Below, in pieces: positions 20,802 through 31,167 of a stretch of DNA of 64,000 bases (the stretch's first letter is position 1; each line of letters starts with the position of its first letter). Below the pieces are notes generated by a model. That model was given only the letters and a program-made list of their open reading frames with translations. It did no database searches and was not told the origin of the DNA. The stretch spans positions 39,330-103,329 of the forward strand of contig CAVVJI010000010.1 of the NCBI GenBank assembly GCA_963748515.1, read 5' to 3'. Both the position numbers and the translations under genes were made by a program. This DNA comes from Candidatus Acidiferrales bacterium. Its GTDB lineage: Bacteria > Acidobacteriota > Terriglobia > Acidiferrales > UBA7541.

Positions 20802-21776
20802 ATGTCGACTCTGAACGAACTGCGCTATCCCACTCGCTGGTATACCAAACTCATTACCGTCGTTCTGGCGTTGGCATTTTTTGCGTTGCTGGCATCGGTT
20901 GCCGTTTCTGGTGTCCTCGTCTATTGGATCGTAAAGCCCCAACGCACCTCTACTGAAATCAGCATGGCCAGTTTTCCCGGCAAGCCGGATGAGGTGGACT
21001 TTACCGTAGCGGGTGTGGGCAACCGCCACGGCTGGTTTTTCCCGGGGTTGCGTGGCGCTCCCACGGTCGTGCTTTGCCACGGTTACGAATCGAGCCGCGG
21101 CGAGCTGCTGACATTGGTTTCCGCGCTGCAGGATCACCAGTACAACGTGTTTGTGTTCGATTTCGCGGCCCACGGAGCGAATGCCGGTATTACCACTTTT
21201 GGTTATAAGGAAGCCGATGAAGTGCGCGCTGCTCTCGACGTGGTGGCCCGCCGCAACGACGTCGATCCCACGCGCTTCGGACTCTGGGGTTACAACCTTG
21301 GTGCGTATGCGGCGTTGCGCGAAGCGGAGCGCGATCCGCGCGTGCGCGCGCTGGTGCTCGATTCCGTTTACGACTACCCGAAACAGATGGTCAAGATTGG
21401 CGTGGAGAAGACCGGCGTCGGCGGATTCCCCATGATGGTGCGCTCGGCGGAAACTGGTTTTGAATGGCTGAATTACGCCTATAAAAATGACAAGCCGTTG
21501 TCTTCGCGCCTGAAAACCATGAATGGCGTTCCCATTCTCTTTATTCAAGCGGTCGACGATCCGGAACTCGCCAACGTGACTCACGAAATGTTTCTAAAGG
21601 CAGCAGAGCCTCGCGAACTGCAGATCGTGGCGCACGGCAACTTCGCGAATTTGCCCGACGATGAGAAGCGCACTTACGAAAATCGCATCGTCACGTTCTT
21701 CCTGACGCGCATGCCGGTCTCCGGGTCGCCTGTTGCCCCGGTCAAGAACGCCCAACTCACCAAGGCCGCTCGCTGA
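20802..21776 (+). CDS. Membrane-anchored alpha/beta-hydrolase-fold protein (nucleophile elbow reads GYNLG)
   Basis: N-terminal TM helix, VVLCHGY, FDFAAHG, GLWGYNLG, ALVLDS. Confidence 0.8.
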   Translation: MSTLNELRYPTRWYTKLITVVLALAFFALLASVAVSGVLVYWIVKPQRTSTEISMASFPGKPDEVDFTVAGVGNRHGWFFPGLRGAPTVVLCHGYESSRGELLTLVSALQDHQYNVFVFDFAAHGANAGITTFGYKEADEVRAALDVVARRNDVDPTRFGLWGYNLGAYAALREAERDPRVRALVLDSVYDYPKQMVKIGVEKTGVGGFPMMVRSAETGFEWLNYAYKNDKPLSSRLKTMNGVPILFIQAVDDPELANVTHEMFLKAAEPRELQIVAHGNFANLPDDEKRTYENRIVTFFLTRMPVSGSPVAPVKNAQLTKAAR

Positions 21777-21780
21777 AATC

Positions 21781-23377
21781 CTACTGAATTCGATAAAGAA
21801 AAAAGCAGCTGCGAGATAACGCAATGGGCTCGGTTGCACATACCAACGGCGCAGCTACATAACGTCCGCAATCTTGCGATCGCAACAGAAGGTATCCGCC
21901 CTGGGCATGCGCGGCATCCCACAGCCGCATTTGCCGATGCACGTAAAAATTCAATCCGAATTCCTGCCCGCGCGGCAACGGGCCAAGCCACACCTGATCC
22001 AGCGGCACGCCGCTGTTCTGCAGTTCGCCTGCCAGCGTTTTTGCCGACGGATCGCGTTGCATGAGTTGTGGCGCCAGGAACTTCGCGCCGAGAAGTAAGC
22101 CCAGAATCGGCACAACACAGAGAGGCGCCAGCTTCCGCAGTTGTTCGCGATGTGTGGCTAGAAATACAGGCAGCAGATTCGCAAAGCCAAAGCTCAGCAG
22201 GATCAACGCTGCCGCGGCGGGAGCAGACGGTGGAATGCTCGGGTTGTGCAGGCTTCCCGGGAAAAACGCCACTACAATTGCCGCCACGCCACACACGGTC
22301 ACCGCAAACAGTCCGGTAACGCGCAACGCAACACGCCGTTCTTCTTGAAAGCGAACCAGTGCGGCGCACAGCAGCAGCGCGAGTGCCGGAATCGCCGGAA
22401 GAATGTAGCCGGGCAGCTTCGATCTCGAAATCGAGAAGAACGCAATTGGGAACAACGCCCAGCACAAAAGAAAAATCGCTGTTGCGTGCCGGCGCGACGC
22501 CGCTTTCCGATGAGCGGCTCCGGCGTATCCGGCCCACAGCAGCAGCGCTGTCCACGGCACAAACGCAATCAACAGAATCGGCCCGTAATACCAGAACGGC
22601 TGCATGTGTTGGAATTCCGGCGTCAGGTATCGCTTAAAATTATGTTCAATGATGAACACGCGGAAGAAGTCGGGATTGCGCCGTGCGCAGAGAAGATACC
22701 AAGGCAATGCCGTCACGCAGAACGCGCAGAACGCCAGCGGATGCAGGCAACGGATTGCGTCGCGCCAGTGCCCCGTAACTATTGCCCACAACAGAACCGA
22801 AGACCCAGCCAACAGGATCGCCGCCGGACCTTTCGCGAGCACCGCAAGCCCCAGGAAGAAACCGAAACAGCAGCCAAACCCGCATGGCATTGCTTCCAGA
22901 ATCTTCCCGCACACCCGCAATGCATACGATCTGTGCCGCCAGCATCATGGCGATCGTCAGCATTCCCGCGAACGGCATGTCCGTGGCCGCCGCGTGAGAA
23001 AATCCAATCATGGCGACCGTCAGCGGTAGCAGAAGCAACACCCATCGCGCCACAGCCGCGCCGTACAGCCGACGGGCCAGCCAGGCAATCGCCAGCGTCG
23101 CCAACAGAGCGCACAACGAGCTGGGAAGTCGCGCCGCCCATTCGCTGACGCCGAAAAACTTGAAGCTGAGCGCCGCTCCCCAATAGTAGAGAACGGGCTT
23201 TTCAAACCACGGTTTCCCGTAGAGCCGAGGGGTGACCCAGTCGCCGGTGTCGGCCATGTCGCGGGCGATCCAAGCGTAACGAGGCTCATCCGGGCCAACC
23301 AGACCGACAATGCCGAGGTTGTGAAAGTAGGCAATATACAGCGTGGCTACAATCAAAATTCCCCAGAGCAAGCGCAT
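21781..23377 (-). CDS. ArnT/GT83-like (GT-C) membrane glycosyltransferase (frameshift near 22900)
   Basis: DEPRYA, WFEKPVLYYW, RLPS, LAKGP, SKLPGYILP motifs. Confidence 0.85.
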
Positions 23378-23510
23378 TGCGCGGCGCAAGCGGCCGAGTA
23401 TCGGATTTTTGCTGATCTTCGGAATGCACAGAGCGTGAGTCTCGCCGGAAAGTTTATCCTGAAATGGGCCTGGTCCAGCATAGACTGGCACAAAAGGATA
23501 AAGTAGGGGA

Positions 23511-24422
23511 ATGATCGAAAGGCTGCAGTATGCAGTGGCCTGGACCTTCATCAAATTGCTGGGCGCGTTGCCGCGCGCCGTGGCGCGAAGCGTATCGGCG
23601 GCACGGGCGCGCGAGGATTGCTGTCGCTGTTCCCCAAGCTGCGCCAGACCGCTGAATTCAATCTGAAGCTGGCGTTTCCCAGAATTGTCCGATACGCGAC
23701 GGCGCGAAATCCTCGCGGGTATGACGCGAAATCTGGGATGGATGGCGGTAGAGTTCGCGCGCCTGCCCCAATATACGAAGGAAACCATCGAAGACATCGT
23801 GGTCCTGGACGGTCACGAGAATTTCCTGGCCGCACGGGAGCGTGGCAAGGGAGTTGTGGTGCTGACCGGGCACATCGGCGCGTGGGAGTTATCCTCGTAC
23901 GCGCATGCGCTGTACGGCTACCCGTTGCACTACATGGCGCGGCCGCTGGATAACCAGCCGCTGGACGCTTTAGTCAACAGATATCGTGGTCTCTCCGGCA
24001 ATCGTCCCATTTTCAAGAACGAAGCCGCGCGAGGCATGCTTCGCGTCCTGAAATCCGGCGAGACGCTGGGGATCTTGGCGGATCAAAACACCATGCCCGA
24101 CGAAGGCGTCTTCGTCGATTTCTTTGGTACCCTGGCCTGCACAACGACGGGAGTCGCGCGCGTCGCGTTGCACACGGACGCCGCTGTCGTTCCGGGCTAT
24201 TTGGTATGGGACGAAGCCTTGAACAAATACCGGCTGCGCTTCGATCCTGCCGTGGAACTCTCGCGCACCGGCGACACCCAAACCGACATTCTCGAAAACA
24301 CGCGGCGTTTCGCCAAAATCATCGAAGACATTGTGCGCAAATACCCGGAGCAGTGGGTGTGGATTCATGCGCGCTGGAAAAATCGCCCCAAAGGCGAGCC
24401 GCCACTGTATCCATTTTTGTGA
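23511..24422 (+). CDS. lpxL: Lipid A late acyltransferase (LpxL/HtrB family); frameshifts in the 5' part
   Basis: GHIGAWE, LADQ, VDFFG, PEQWVWIHARWK; N-terminus MIERLQYAVAW begins at 23511. Confidence 0.8.
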
Positions 24423-24452
24423 GATTCGCGGAACACAGTTGAGGAGAGTTGC

Positions 24453-25487
24453 ATGAGCTATACCGCAGGAGAACTGGCGAAGCTGATCGATGCCCAAGTG
24501 GAAGGTGACGCGAGTCTCGAAGTGAGCGGAGTCGCCGCGCCGGAGCACGCCACACCGGCGCAACTGATTTATGTCGAAGGCGAGAAGCAGGCGGCTCGCG
24601 CTACCGCATCGAACGCGCGCTGCGTCGTGGCGCCCGCAGGTGTTGCGCTCGCTGCTAAAACCGTGTTGCGCGCTGGCAAGCCGAAAGTGGCATTCGCCAA
24701 GGCCGCCGCGGCGTTGCGTCCGCCGTCGACGCAATTGCGCACGGCGTGCACCACACGGCGCTCGTGCCGCCCAGCGCTCAAGTCGCTGCGGATGCAGCCA
24801 TCGGACCGTACGCGGTGATCGGCGAAGACGCGCAGATCGGAGCGGGAACCCAGATTGGCGCCCATTGCGTAATTGGCGATCGCAGTGCGATCGGTCAAGC
24901 GTGCCGGATTCATCCGCGCGTGACCCTCTATCCGGGAGTGCGCCTCGGCAACCGCGTGGAGATTCACTCCGGAGCGGTACTGGGCGCGGACGGTTTTGGT
25001 TACGCCTTCGATGGCGAACGCTACTGGAAATTTCCGCAAGCCGGGATCGTGGACATCGCCGATGACGTTGAAATCGGCGCGAATGCGACCATCGATCGCG
25101 GCTCCCTGGATGACACGCGCATACGGAACGGAGTGAAGCTGGATAACTCTGGTGCACGTCGGCCACAACGTGCTGATCGACGAGCACACGGTCGTCGCGG
25201 CGCAAACAGGCATTTCGGGATCGAGCAAGCTGGGCAAGCGCGTGGTAGTTGGCGGCCAGGTGGGCATTGCGGACCATTGCACGCTGCAGGATGGGGCGGT
25301 GGCGGGCGCTCAGGCGGGCATTCCGTCCGGCAAAATTATTCAGAAGGGCCAAGTGGTTTGGGGAACGCCGGCCCGCCCGCTGGATAAATTCAAGGAAGCG
25401 TATTTCTGGTTTGCGCGATTGCCCGAGTTGGCGGAACGTCTCAAGAAATTGGAACACGCTGGCGGCGAAACAAAAGGGTCGCGATGA
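24453..25487 (+). CDS. lpxD: UDP-3-O-acyl-glucosamine N-acyltransferase (2 frameshifts)
   Basis: Hexapeptide repeats, [40 protein letters not shown]. Confidence 0.92.
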
Positions 25488-26086
25488 GTAGCCCCAACCA
25501 ACATGCATGGCGAATCATTGTGGTCGCGAATCATGCCGGCCCGCCGCTCGGTGAGCAACTCATGACCGATCTGATCAAGGCCTTTCCAAAGGTAAATTGG
25601 CTCGCAGGCACCCTGCTGGCGGACTCTCGATCGTTTGAGGACAGCATAAAAAAGGCAGGCGCAAAGGCCGCGTTCCGATTGTCTTCCACGAACTCGAGTC
25701 AAACTTTGCAGGAGTCGTTGCGGACTCATTTGAACGCAGCCCGCAACCATTTTGACTCGCAGGCCAAAACCGCCCTGGTTCTTGAGAGCGACGGACCAAT
25801 TGCCGGACTGCAGCCATCTCTCTACTTCACGTTGCTGGATGCCGAGCGCGCGTCGCAGTTGGACGCCGCAGACCTGCCGGGGATAGGAAGAGCCAACGCC
25901 CTGGTCGTGACCGCCGCGCAGCAAGACTCCGAGGAGACACCGGCACCGATCTGGCTGAACCTGCCGGCAAAAGTTCTACAGGAGCATCCATCCGTGTTGT
26001 ATCGCGCGGGGCAAGGCTTACCTGGTCCACTGGAGTCGCTGGTTTACCAAATGCTAGATGATGACCCCACCGCGAGGCTCGCTTAG
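25484..26086 (+). CDS. Hypothetical protein, overlapping the lpxD stop
   Basis: ATGA overlap with lpxD; 200-aa ORF filling the gap before the shc promoter. Confidence 0.6.
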   Translation: MSSPNQHAWRIIVVANHAGPPLGEQLMTDLIKAFPKVNWLAGTLLADSRSFEDSIKKAGAKAAFRLSSTNSSQTLQESLRTHLNAARNHFDSQAKTALVLESDGPIAGLQPSLYFTLLDAERASQLDAADLPGIGRANALVVTAAQQDSEETPAPIWLNLPAKVLQEHPSVLYRAGQGLPGPLESLVYQMLDDDPTARLA

Positions 26087-26132
26087 GCCGACAGTCCGCA
26101 AAACCCAGGTGCCGACGCGCGCATCTTAGTCG

Positions 26133-26161
26133 TTGACCCACCTTTCCGGGGCGGAGATAAT
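26133..26161 (+). promoter_or_regulatory. Sigma70-type promoter for the hopanoid operon
   Basis: TTGACC-N17-GATAAT about 135 bp upstream of shc. Confidence 0.55.
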
Positions 26162-26294
26162 AAAACAGTACCGGGGTAGCTTCCGTACTCGGTGAGGAAT
26201 GCCGGAAGTATAAGGCAGCAAGCCAGTTAGTGGGCGGGCAAGACCAGGCTCCAACGCCTGCGAGTGCGATTGGAGATCACTCAGGGGAGAGTAG

Positions 26295-28338
26295 ATGGCG
26301 TCGTTTGTCCGTGTTGGAGAAGAGATACCGACAGCGCCCGCGCCCGTACCGTGGCGCCAGCAGGATTGGGCAGAGAAAGTCGAGAAGGCCGTCGAAAACG
26401 GCGTCCAGCATCTGTTGTCCGTGCAAGCCGAAGACGGCTATTGGGTCGGCGAACTGGAAGCCGATACCACCCTGGAATCCGACTACATTTATTATCTGCA
26501 CGTGCTTGGTAAGGCCGCACCGGAGCGCATCGCCAAGCTGGCGAATTATGTACGCCGCAAGCAGTTGCCCGATGGTGGATGGCCCATCTACCCAAGCGGT
26601 CCTTCCGAACTGAACGCAACCTGCAAGGCATATTTCGCTCTGAAACTGGCGGGCGATTCCGCAGACGCACCGCACATGGTGAAGGCGCGGCAAATCGTGC
26701 ATAAGCTGGGCGGCCTGGAGCACAGCAATTCCTATGTGCGCTTCTACCTGGCGCTGGTGGGCGCAGTAGGCTGGGAATTAGTGCCGGCGATTCCTCCCGA
26801 ACTGATGCTGCTGCCGAACTGGTTTTACATGAACATTTACGAGATGTCGTCGTGGACCCGCGGAATTGTGATTCCGATGGCGATCCTGTCGGCATTGCGG
26901 CCCGAATGGCATCTGCCGGAGCGCGCCCAGGTCGATGAACTGTTCAAGGACCGTTCGCAGAAAGCCGCGGCATTCAGCTGGAGCAAGCAGATCGTTTCCT
27001 GGAAGAATTTCTTCCTGGCCATCGACCGCGGGCTGAAGCTGTACGAAAAGCTGCCGTGGAAACCGATGCGGCAGAAAGCCATCCGGGAAGCGAAGCAGTG
27101 GATGCTCGAACACATGGAGCGCACGGAAGGCCTGGCGGCGATCTATCCGTCGATGATGAATTCGATTTTTGCGCTGATGGCGCTGGGGCACGGTCCGGAC
27201 GATCCACTCACCTGGCGGGAGATCAAGGAATTTTCGCGGTTCGAGATTGAGGAAGAAGACACGATCCGTCTGCAGCCGTGCGTTTCGCCGGTGTGGGATA
27301 CCTGCATCGCGATGGTCGCCCTGGAAGAAGCGGGATTGCCCGCCGATCATCCCGCACTGATTAAGGCGGCGGAGTGGACACTGTCGAAGCAGGTTCTGGG
27401 CGGCGGCGATTGGCAGATCAAGAACAAGGATGCGGAGCCAGGCGGATGGGCGTTTGAATTCCGCAATGATTTTTATCCGGATGTCGACGATACCGCGTTT
27501 GTGCTGATGTCGCTGCAGCGCGTGAAGTTTCCCGACGAAAAGCGCATGGAAGCCGCTATGCGCCGCGGCATTCAGTGGCTGCTGAGCATGCAGAATCGCG
27601 ATGGCGGCTGGGGCGCGTTTGATCGCGACAATAACCGCGCAATTCCTGTGCAACATTCCGTTCGCCGATCACAACGCGATGATCGATCCCTCGACCGCGG
27701 ACGTGACCGCCCGCGTGCTGGAATGCCTGGGACGATTTGGCTGGCCCGCCGATCATCCGGTGGTGCAGCGCGGCGTGAAATTCCTGATGAAGGATCAGTG
27801 CAAAGACGGCTCCTGGTTTGGACGCTGGGGCGTGAATTACGTCTATGGCACCAGCGGCGTGCTGCGCGCGCTGGAAACGGTTTCGCTGACCGCGCAGGAA
27901 TACTGCGCGCGAGCGGTAAGCTGGCTGCGCCAGGTGCAGCAAGCGGACGGGAGCTTCGGCGAATCGCTGCTCAGTTACGAACTGCCATCGACCAAAGGGC
28001 AGGGCAAGAGCACGCCCTCACAGACTGCTTGGGGCTTGATCGGCTTGCTGGCGGGCGCCGACCCCAACGACCCGGCGATTGCGAAGGCAGCGTCGTACCT
28101 GGTCGCGCAGCAGAATCAGAACGGCTCCTGGAGCGAAGAAGAATTCACGGGCACCGGATTCCCGGGCGTGTTCTATCTGAAGTATCACCTCTATAAGAAT
28201 TCGTTCCCGGTATACGCGCTGGCGCGCTATCGCAATCAATCCAAGCGCTCCGCGGAATTTATTTCGGTGAAATTCCGGCCCAGCGAATTCCGGTTGCGCA
28301 GCGGAATCTATAGCGCGAGCGAGCGCCGCGCTTCGTGA
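26295..28338 (+). CDS. shc: Squalene-hopene cyclase (frameshift near 27640)
   Basis: QW repeats (QAEDGYW, QLPDGGW, QNRDGGWGAFD), catalytic YPDVDDTA, GRWGVNYVYGT, GTGFPGVFYLKY. Confidence 0.97.
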
Positions 28339-28345
28339 AGTAAGA

Positions 28346-29398
28346 ATGCGGTATCCTGTCGGACTGCTGCTGGACTCCACAAAACATCTGGTGACCGGAA
28401 GGCTGCGAGGTGATCGCAAGCCGGTGGTGATGCTGTCGCTGAACCCGATGGGACGGCCGCGAAACGGTTACGCTGCCCATGCGATCTCCGCAAGTGGGGA
28501 GCAGGAGGGCTTTGTCGACGATCGCCCGATGCTGACGGTGGAGCAGTGCATCGCGGCGATGGAGGAATGCCCCACCCCGGTGGTCACCATCGGCGGCAGC
28601 GAGCCGCTGGAATATCCGGATATTGCGGCGTTGAGCCGCGAGATTCTTTCGCGGGGGAAACACTTGTTCCTGACCACGGATGGAACGTTGATCCGGCGGA
28701 GAATGCACATGATTCCGCCGCTGATGAATTTTTTCTGGAACGTGAAGTTGAGCGGAACGGAAGCGGTTCACGATGCTCTGGCGAACCAGCCCGGAACCTT
28801 TCGGGAAGCGATCGACGGCGTGCGAGCCGTGAAAAATGCGGGATTTTTTGTGGTGGTCAGCACCGCGGTCGGTCCGGAAACGGATATGCGCGACGTGGCG
28901 AAGCTGTTCGCTACGCTGCATTCGATGCACGTGGATGGCTACCGCATCGAGCCTCAGTACCACGGACGGCTGGTGGGATGCAGCGAGAGCGCGGCGATAC
29001 GCAACCGCATGCATCAGAAATTTCGCGAAGCCGAGGAACGGCTGGGGGGCTACAACCTGATGGTCTCGCCGCTGTATCTGGAATACCTGCGCGGCGAGCG
29101 GGAACTGGATTGCTGCGCTTGGGGGAGCCCGACCTACGGTCCGGAAGGCTGGTCAGCGCCGTGTTCATTGCTGAGCGTGACGACCGAGGCCTCGTATAAG
29201 AATCTGCTGGCGAACACAGTGTGGGAGAATTACGGGCGAGGCATCAATCCGCGGTGCGAGTTGTGCATGTGCCACAAGGGATTTGAGACGGCGGCGCTTC
29301 TTGGCGTGAACGCCAAGGCCGGCGATCTGCTGAAACTGCTGCGGTGGCAATTGGGCGGCAATCTGGGCGAGAAGCGTGCCAAGGCGATGAGCGCATGA
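28346..29398 (+). CDS. HpnH-like (DUF3463) protein lacking the radical-SAM CxxxCxxC motif
   Basis: LTVEQC...VVTIGGSEPL, CxxWGSPT...GW..PC.LL, WENYG.G.NPRC..CMCH.GFE match HpnH; no N-terminal cysteine triad. Confidence 0.8.
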   Translation: MRYPVGLLLDSTKHLVTGRLRGDRKPVVMLSLNPMGRPRNGYAAHAISASGEQEGFVDDRPMLTVEQCIAAMEECPTPVVTIGGSEPLEYPDIAALSREILSRGKHLFLTTDGTLIRRRMHMIPPLMNFFWNVKLSGTEAVHDALANQPGTFREAIDGVRAVKNAGFFVVVSTAVGPETDMRDVAKLFATLHSMHVDGYRIEPQYHGRLVGCSESAAIRNRMHQKFREAEERLGGYNLMVSPLYLEYLRGERELDCCAWGSPTYGPEGWSAPCSLLSVTTEASYKNLLANTVWENYGRGINPRCELCMCHKGFETAALLGVNAKAGDLLKLLRWQLGGNLGEKRAKAMSA

Positions 29399-30415
29399 AG
29401 ACGCTGGTCACGGGAGCGGCGGGATTTCTCGGGCAGTCATGTGACGCGGCTGTTGGTGGCTCGCGGAGATTCGGTGCGCGTACTGCTGCGGGCTTCCAGC
29501 AGCAACAAGGCGATCAGCGACCTTGCGCTGGAATATGTGACCGGTGATTTGCGCGACGCGGCGTCCCTGGAGAAGGCGATGCAAGGCGTTGACCGCGTGT
29601 TCCATGTCGCCGCGGATTACCGACTGTGGGCCAGGAATCCGCAGGACATCTACGATTCGAACCTTGGCGGAACGAAGAACTTGCTGGCCGCGGCAGAAAA
29701 AGCCGGCGTTTCGCAGTTGGTGTACACCAGCACGGTCGCCACGATCGCGGTGGAGCGGCCGCAACTGCCAAATGAATTTACCGACGCGAAGCTCGAAGAA
29801 ATGATCGGCCATTACAAACGCTCCAAGTGGATGGCTGAACAGGAAATTTTGAAGGCGGGGCGGGACGGTGCGCCGGTGGTCGTTGCGATGCCCACAACTC
29901 CCGTCGGTCCATGGGACTGGAAACCCACGCCGACGGGAAAAATCATTCTGGACTTTCTGAACGGCAAGATGCCGGGATATGTCGAGACGGGCCTGAATTT
30001 TGTCGGCGTTGAGGAATGCGCTACGGGACACCTGTTGGTGTCGGAGAAGGGCAAGGCCGGCGAGCGGTATTTGCTTGGAGCGGAAAATCTGACGCTGAAG
30101 AACCTGTTCGATCAGCTGGCAGAGATCACCGGGCTGAAAGCGCCGACACTGAAAATCCCCCACGGAGTCGCTTTGGGAGCGGCCTACCTGGAAAGCGCGT
30201 TTTCGCGGGTGATTGGCAAAGAACCGCAAATTCCTGTGGAAGGCGTGAAGATCGCGCAGCATAAGATGTTTGTGGACGCTTCCCGTGCGGTGCGGGAATT
30301 GGGATTCCAGCCGGGATCGGTCAAGGCGGCGCTGGAGCGTGCGGTGCGTTGGTACGTCGACAACGGGTATGTGAAGCCGAATCGCGCCAAGGCTATGCAA
30401 CTGCGGGCGGCCTGA
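29395..30415 (+). CDS. hpnA: Hopanoid-associated NAD-dependent epimerase/dehydratase HpnA (frameshift near 29430)
   Basis: LVTGAAGFLG, FHVAADYRLW, HYKRSK, KPTPTG. Confidence 0.9.
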
Positions 30416-30420
30416 GCGCC

Positions 30421-31167
30421 ATGAGGATCCTGGTGACCTTTGCTGTGGAAGCCGAGTTTGCGCCGTGGCGGAAGTTGCGGAATTTTGCAAGAACGAAGGG
30501 TCCTTCCGGTGTGCCGGAGTTCACGGCAACCGTGGAGCAACACAAGGTGGAGGTCGTGCTGACGGGCATGGGTGAAAAAGCCTGCGCGGAGTCGTTGCGA
30601 AAGCTGCAGTGGGCAGATGGAGCGCAGCCGGAGGTGGTCATCTCTTCGGGCTTGGCGGGCGCGCTACAAGAGTCGCTGCAGCCGGGCGAGGTAGTAGTGG
30701 CAGAAACGGTTTGCGCATGGAACGGCGGGGCACCACTGGCAGCGGATACAACGCTGCTGGAAATAGCAATGAAGCGCGGCGCGGTGCGGGTCGCTAATCT
30801 GCTTACGGCCAACCGTGTGATTCAGACGGCCGCAGAGAAGAGACATTTTGCAGGCTCGGGAGAAGCAGTGGACATGGAATCCGCCTACATCATGGCCAAG
30901 TGTCAGTCCGCGGGGATTCCGTGCGTAACTATGCGGGCGATCAGCGACAGCGCCACCGAGGACATGCCCATCGACTTTGAGCGCTGCCTGACACCGCAAG
31001 GCGCGGTGAAGCCGTTGGCGTTGCTGAAGGCGCTGGTGCAACGCCCGTCGCGTATTCCGAAGTTGGTGCGTTTTGGCCGGCAGAGCAGCCATGCGGCACA
31101 AAATTTGATCGCATATTTGGACGGGTTTGTGGGTTCGATAGCCAAGGTCGAGGTGCGCGCACGATGA
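30421..31167 (+). CDS. hpnG: Hopanoid-associated nucleoside phosphorylase (HpnG-like)
   Basis: SSGLAGAL, AVDMES, RAISD PNP_UDP motifs within the hpn operon. Confidence 0.75.
   Translation: MRILVTFAVEAEFAPWRKLRNFARTKGPSGVPEFTATVEQHKVEVVLTGMGEKACAESLRKLQWADGAQPEVVISSGLAGALQESLQPGEVVVAETVCAWNGGAPLAADTTLLEIAMKRGAVRVANLLTANRVIQTAAEKRHFAGSGEAVDMESAYIMAKCQSAGIPCVTMRAISDSATEDMPIDFERCLTPQGAVKPLALLKALVQRPSRIPKLVRFGRQSSHAAQNLIAYLDGFVGSIAKVEVRAR

Noticed and set aside
22623-22650. dif site (TTATGTTCAAT resembles the XerD arm) in the skew-switch zone
   Set aside because: The XerC arm does not match, and the sequence is coding (IEHN of the ArnT-like gene).
27600-27680. Programmed frameshifting in shc or the other split genes
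   Set aside because: No consistent slippery motif; scattered shifts across unrelated genes fit sequencing indels better.
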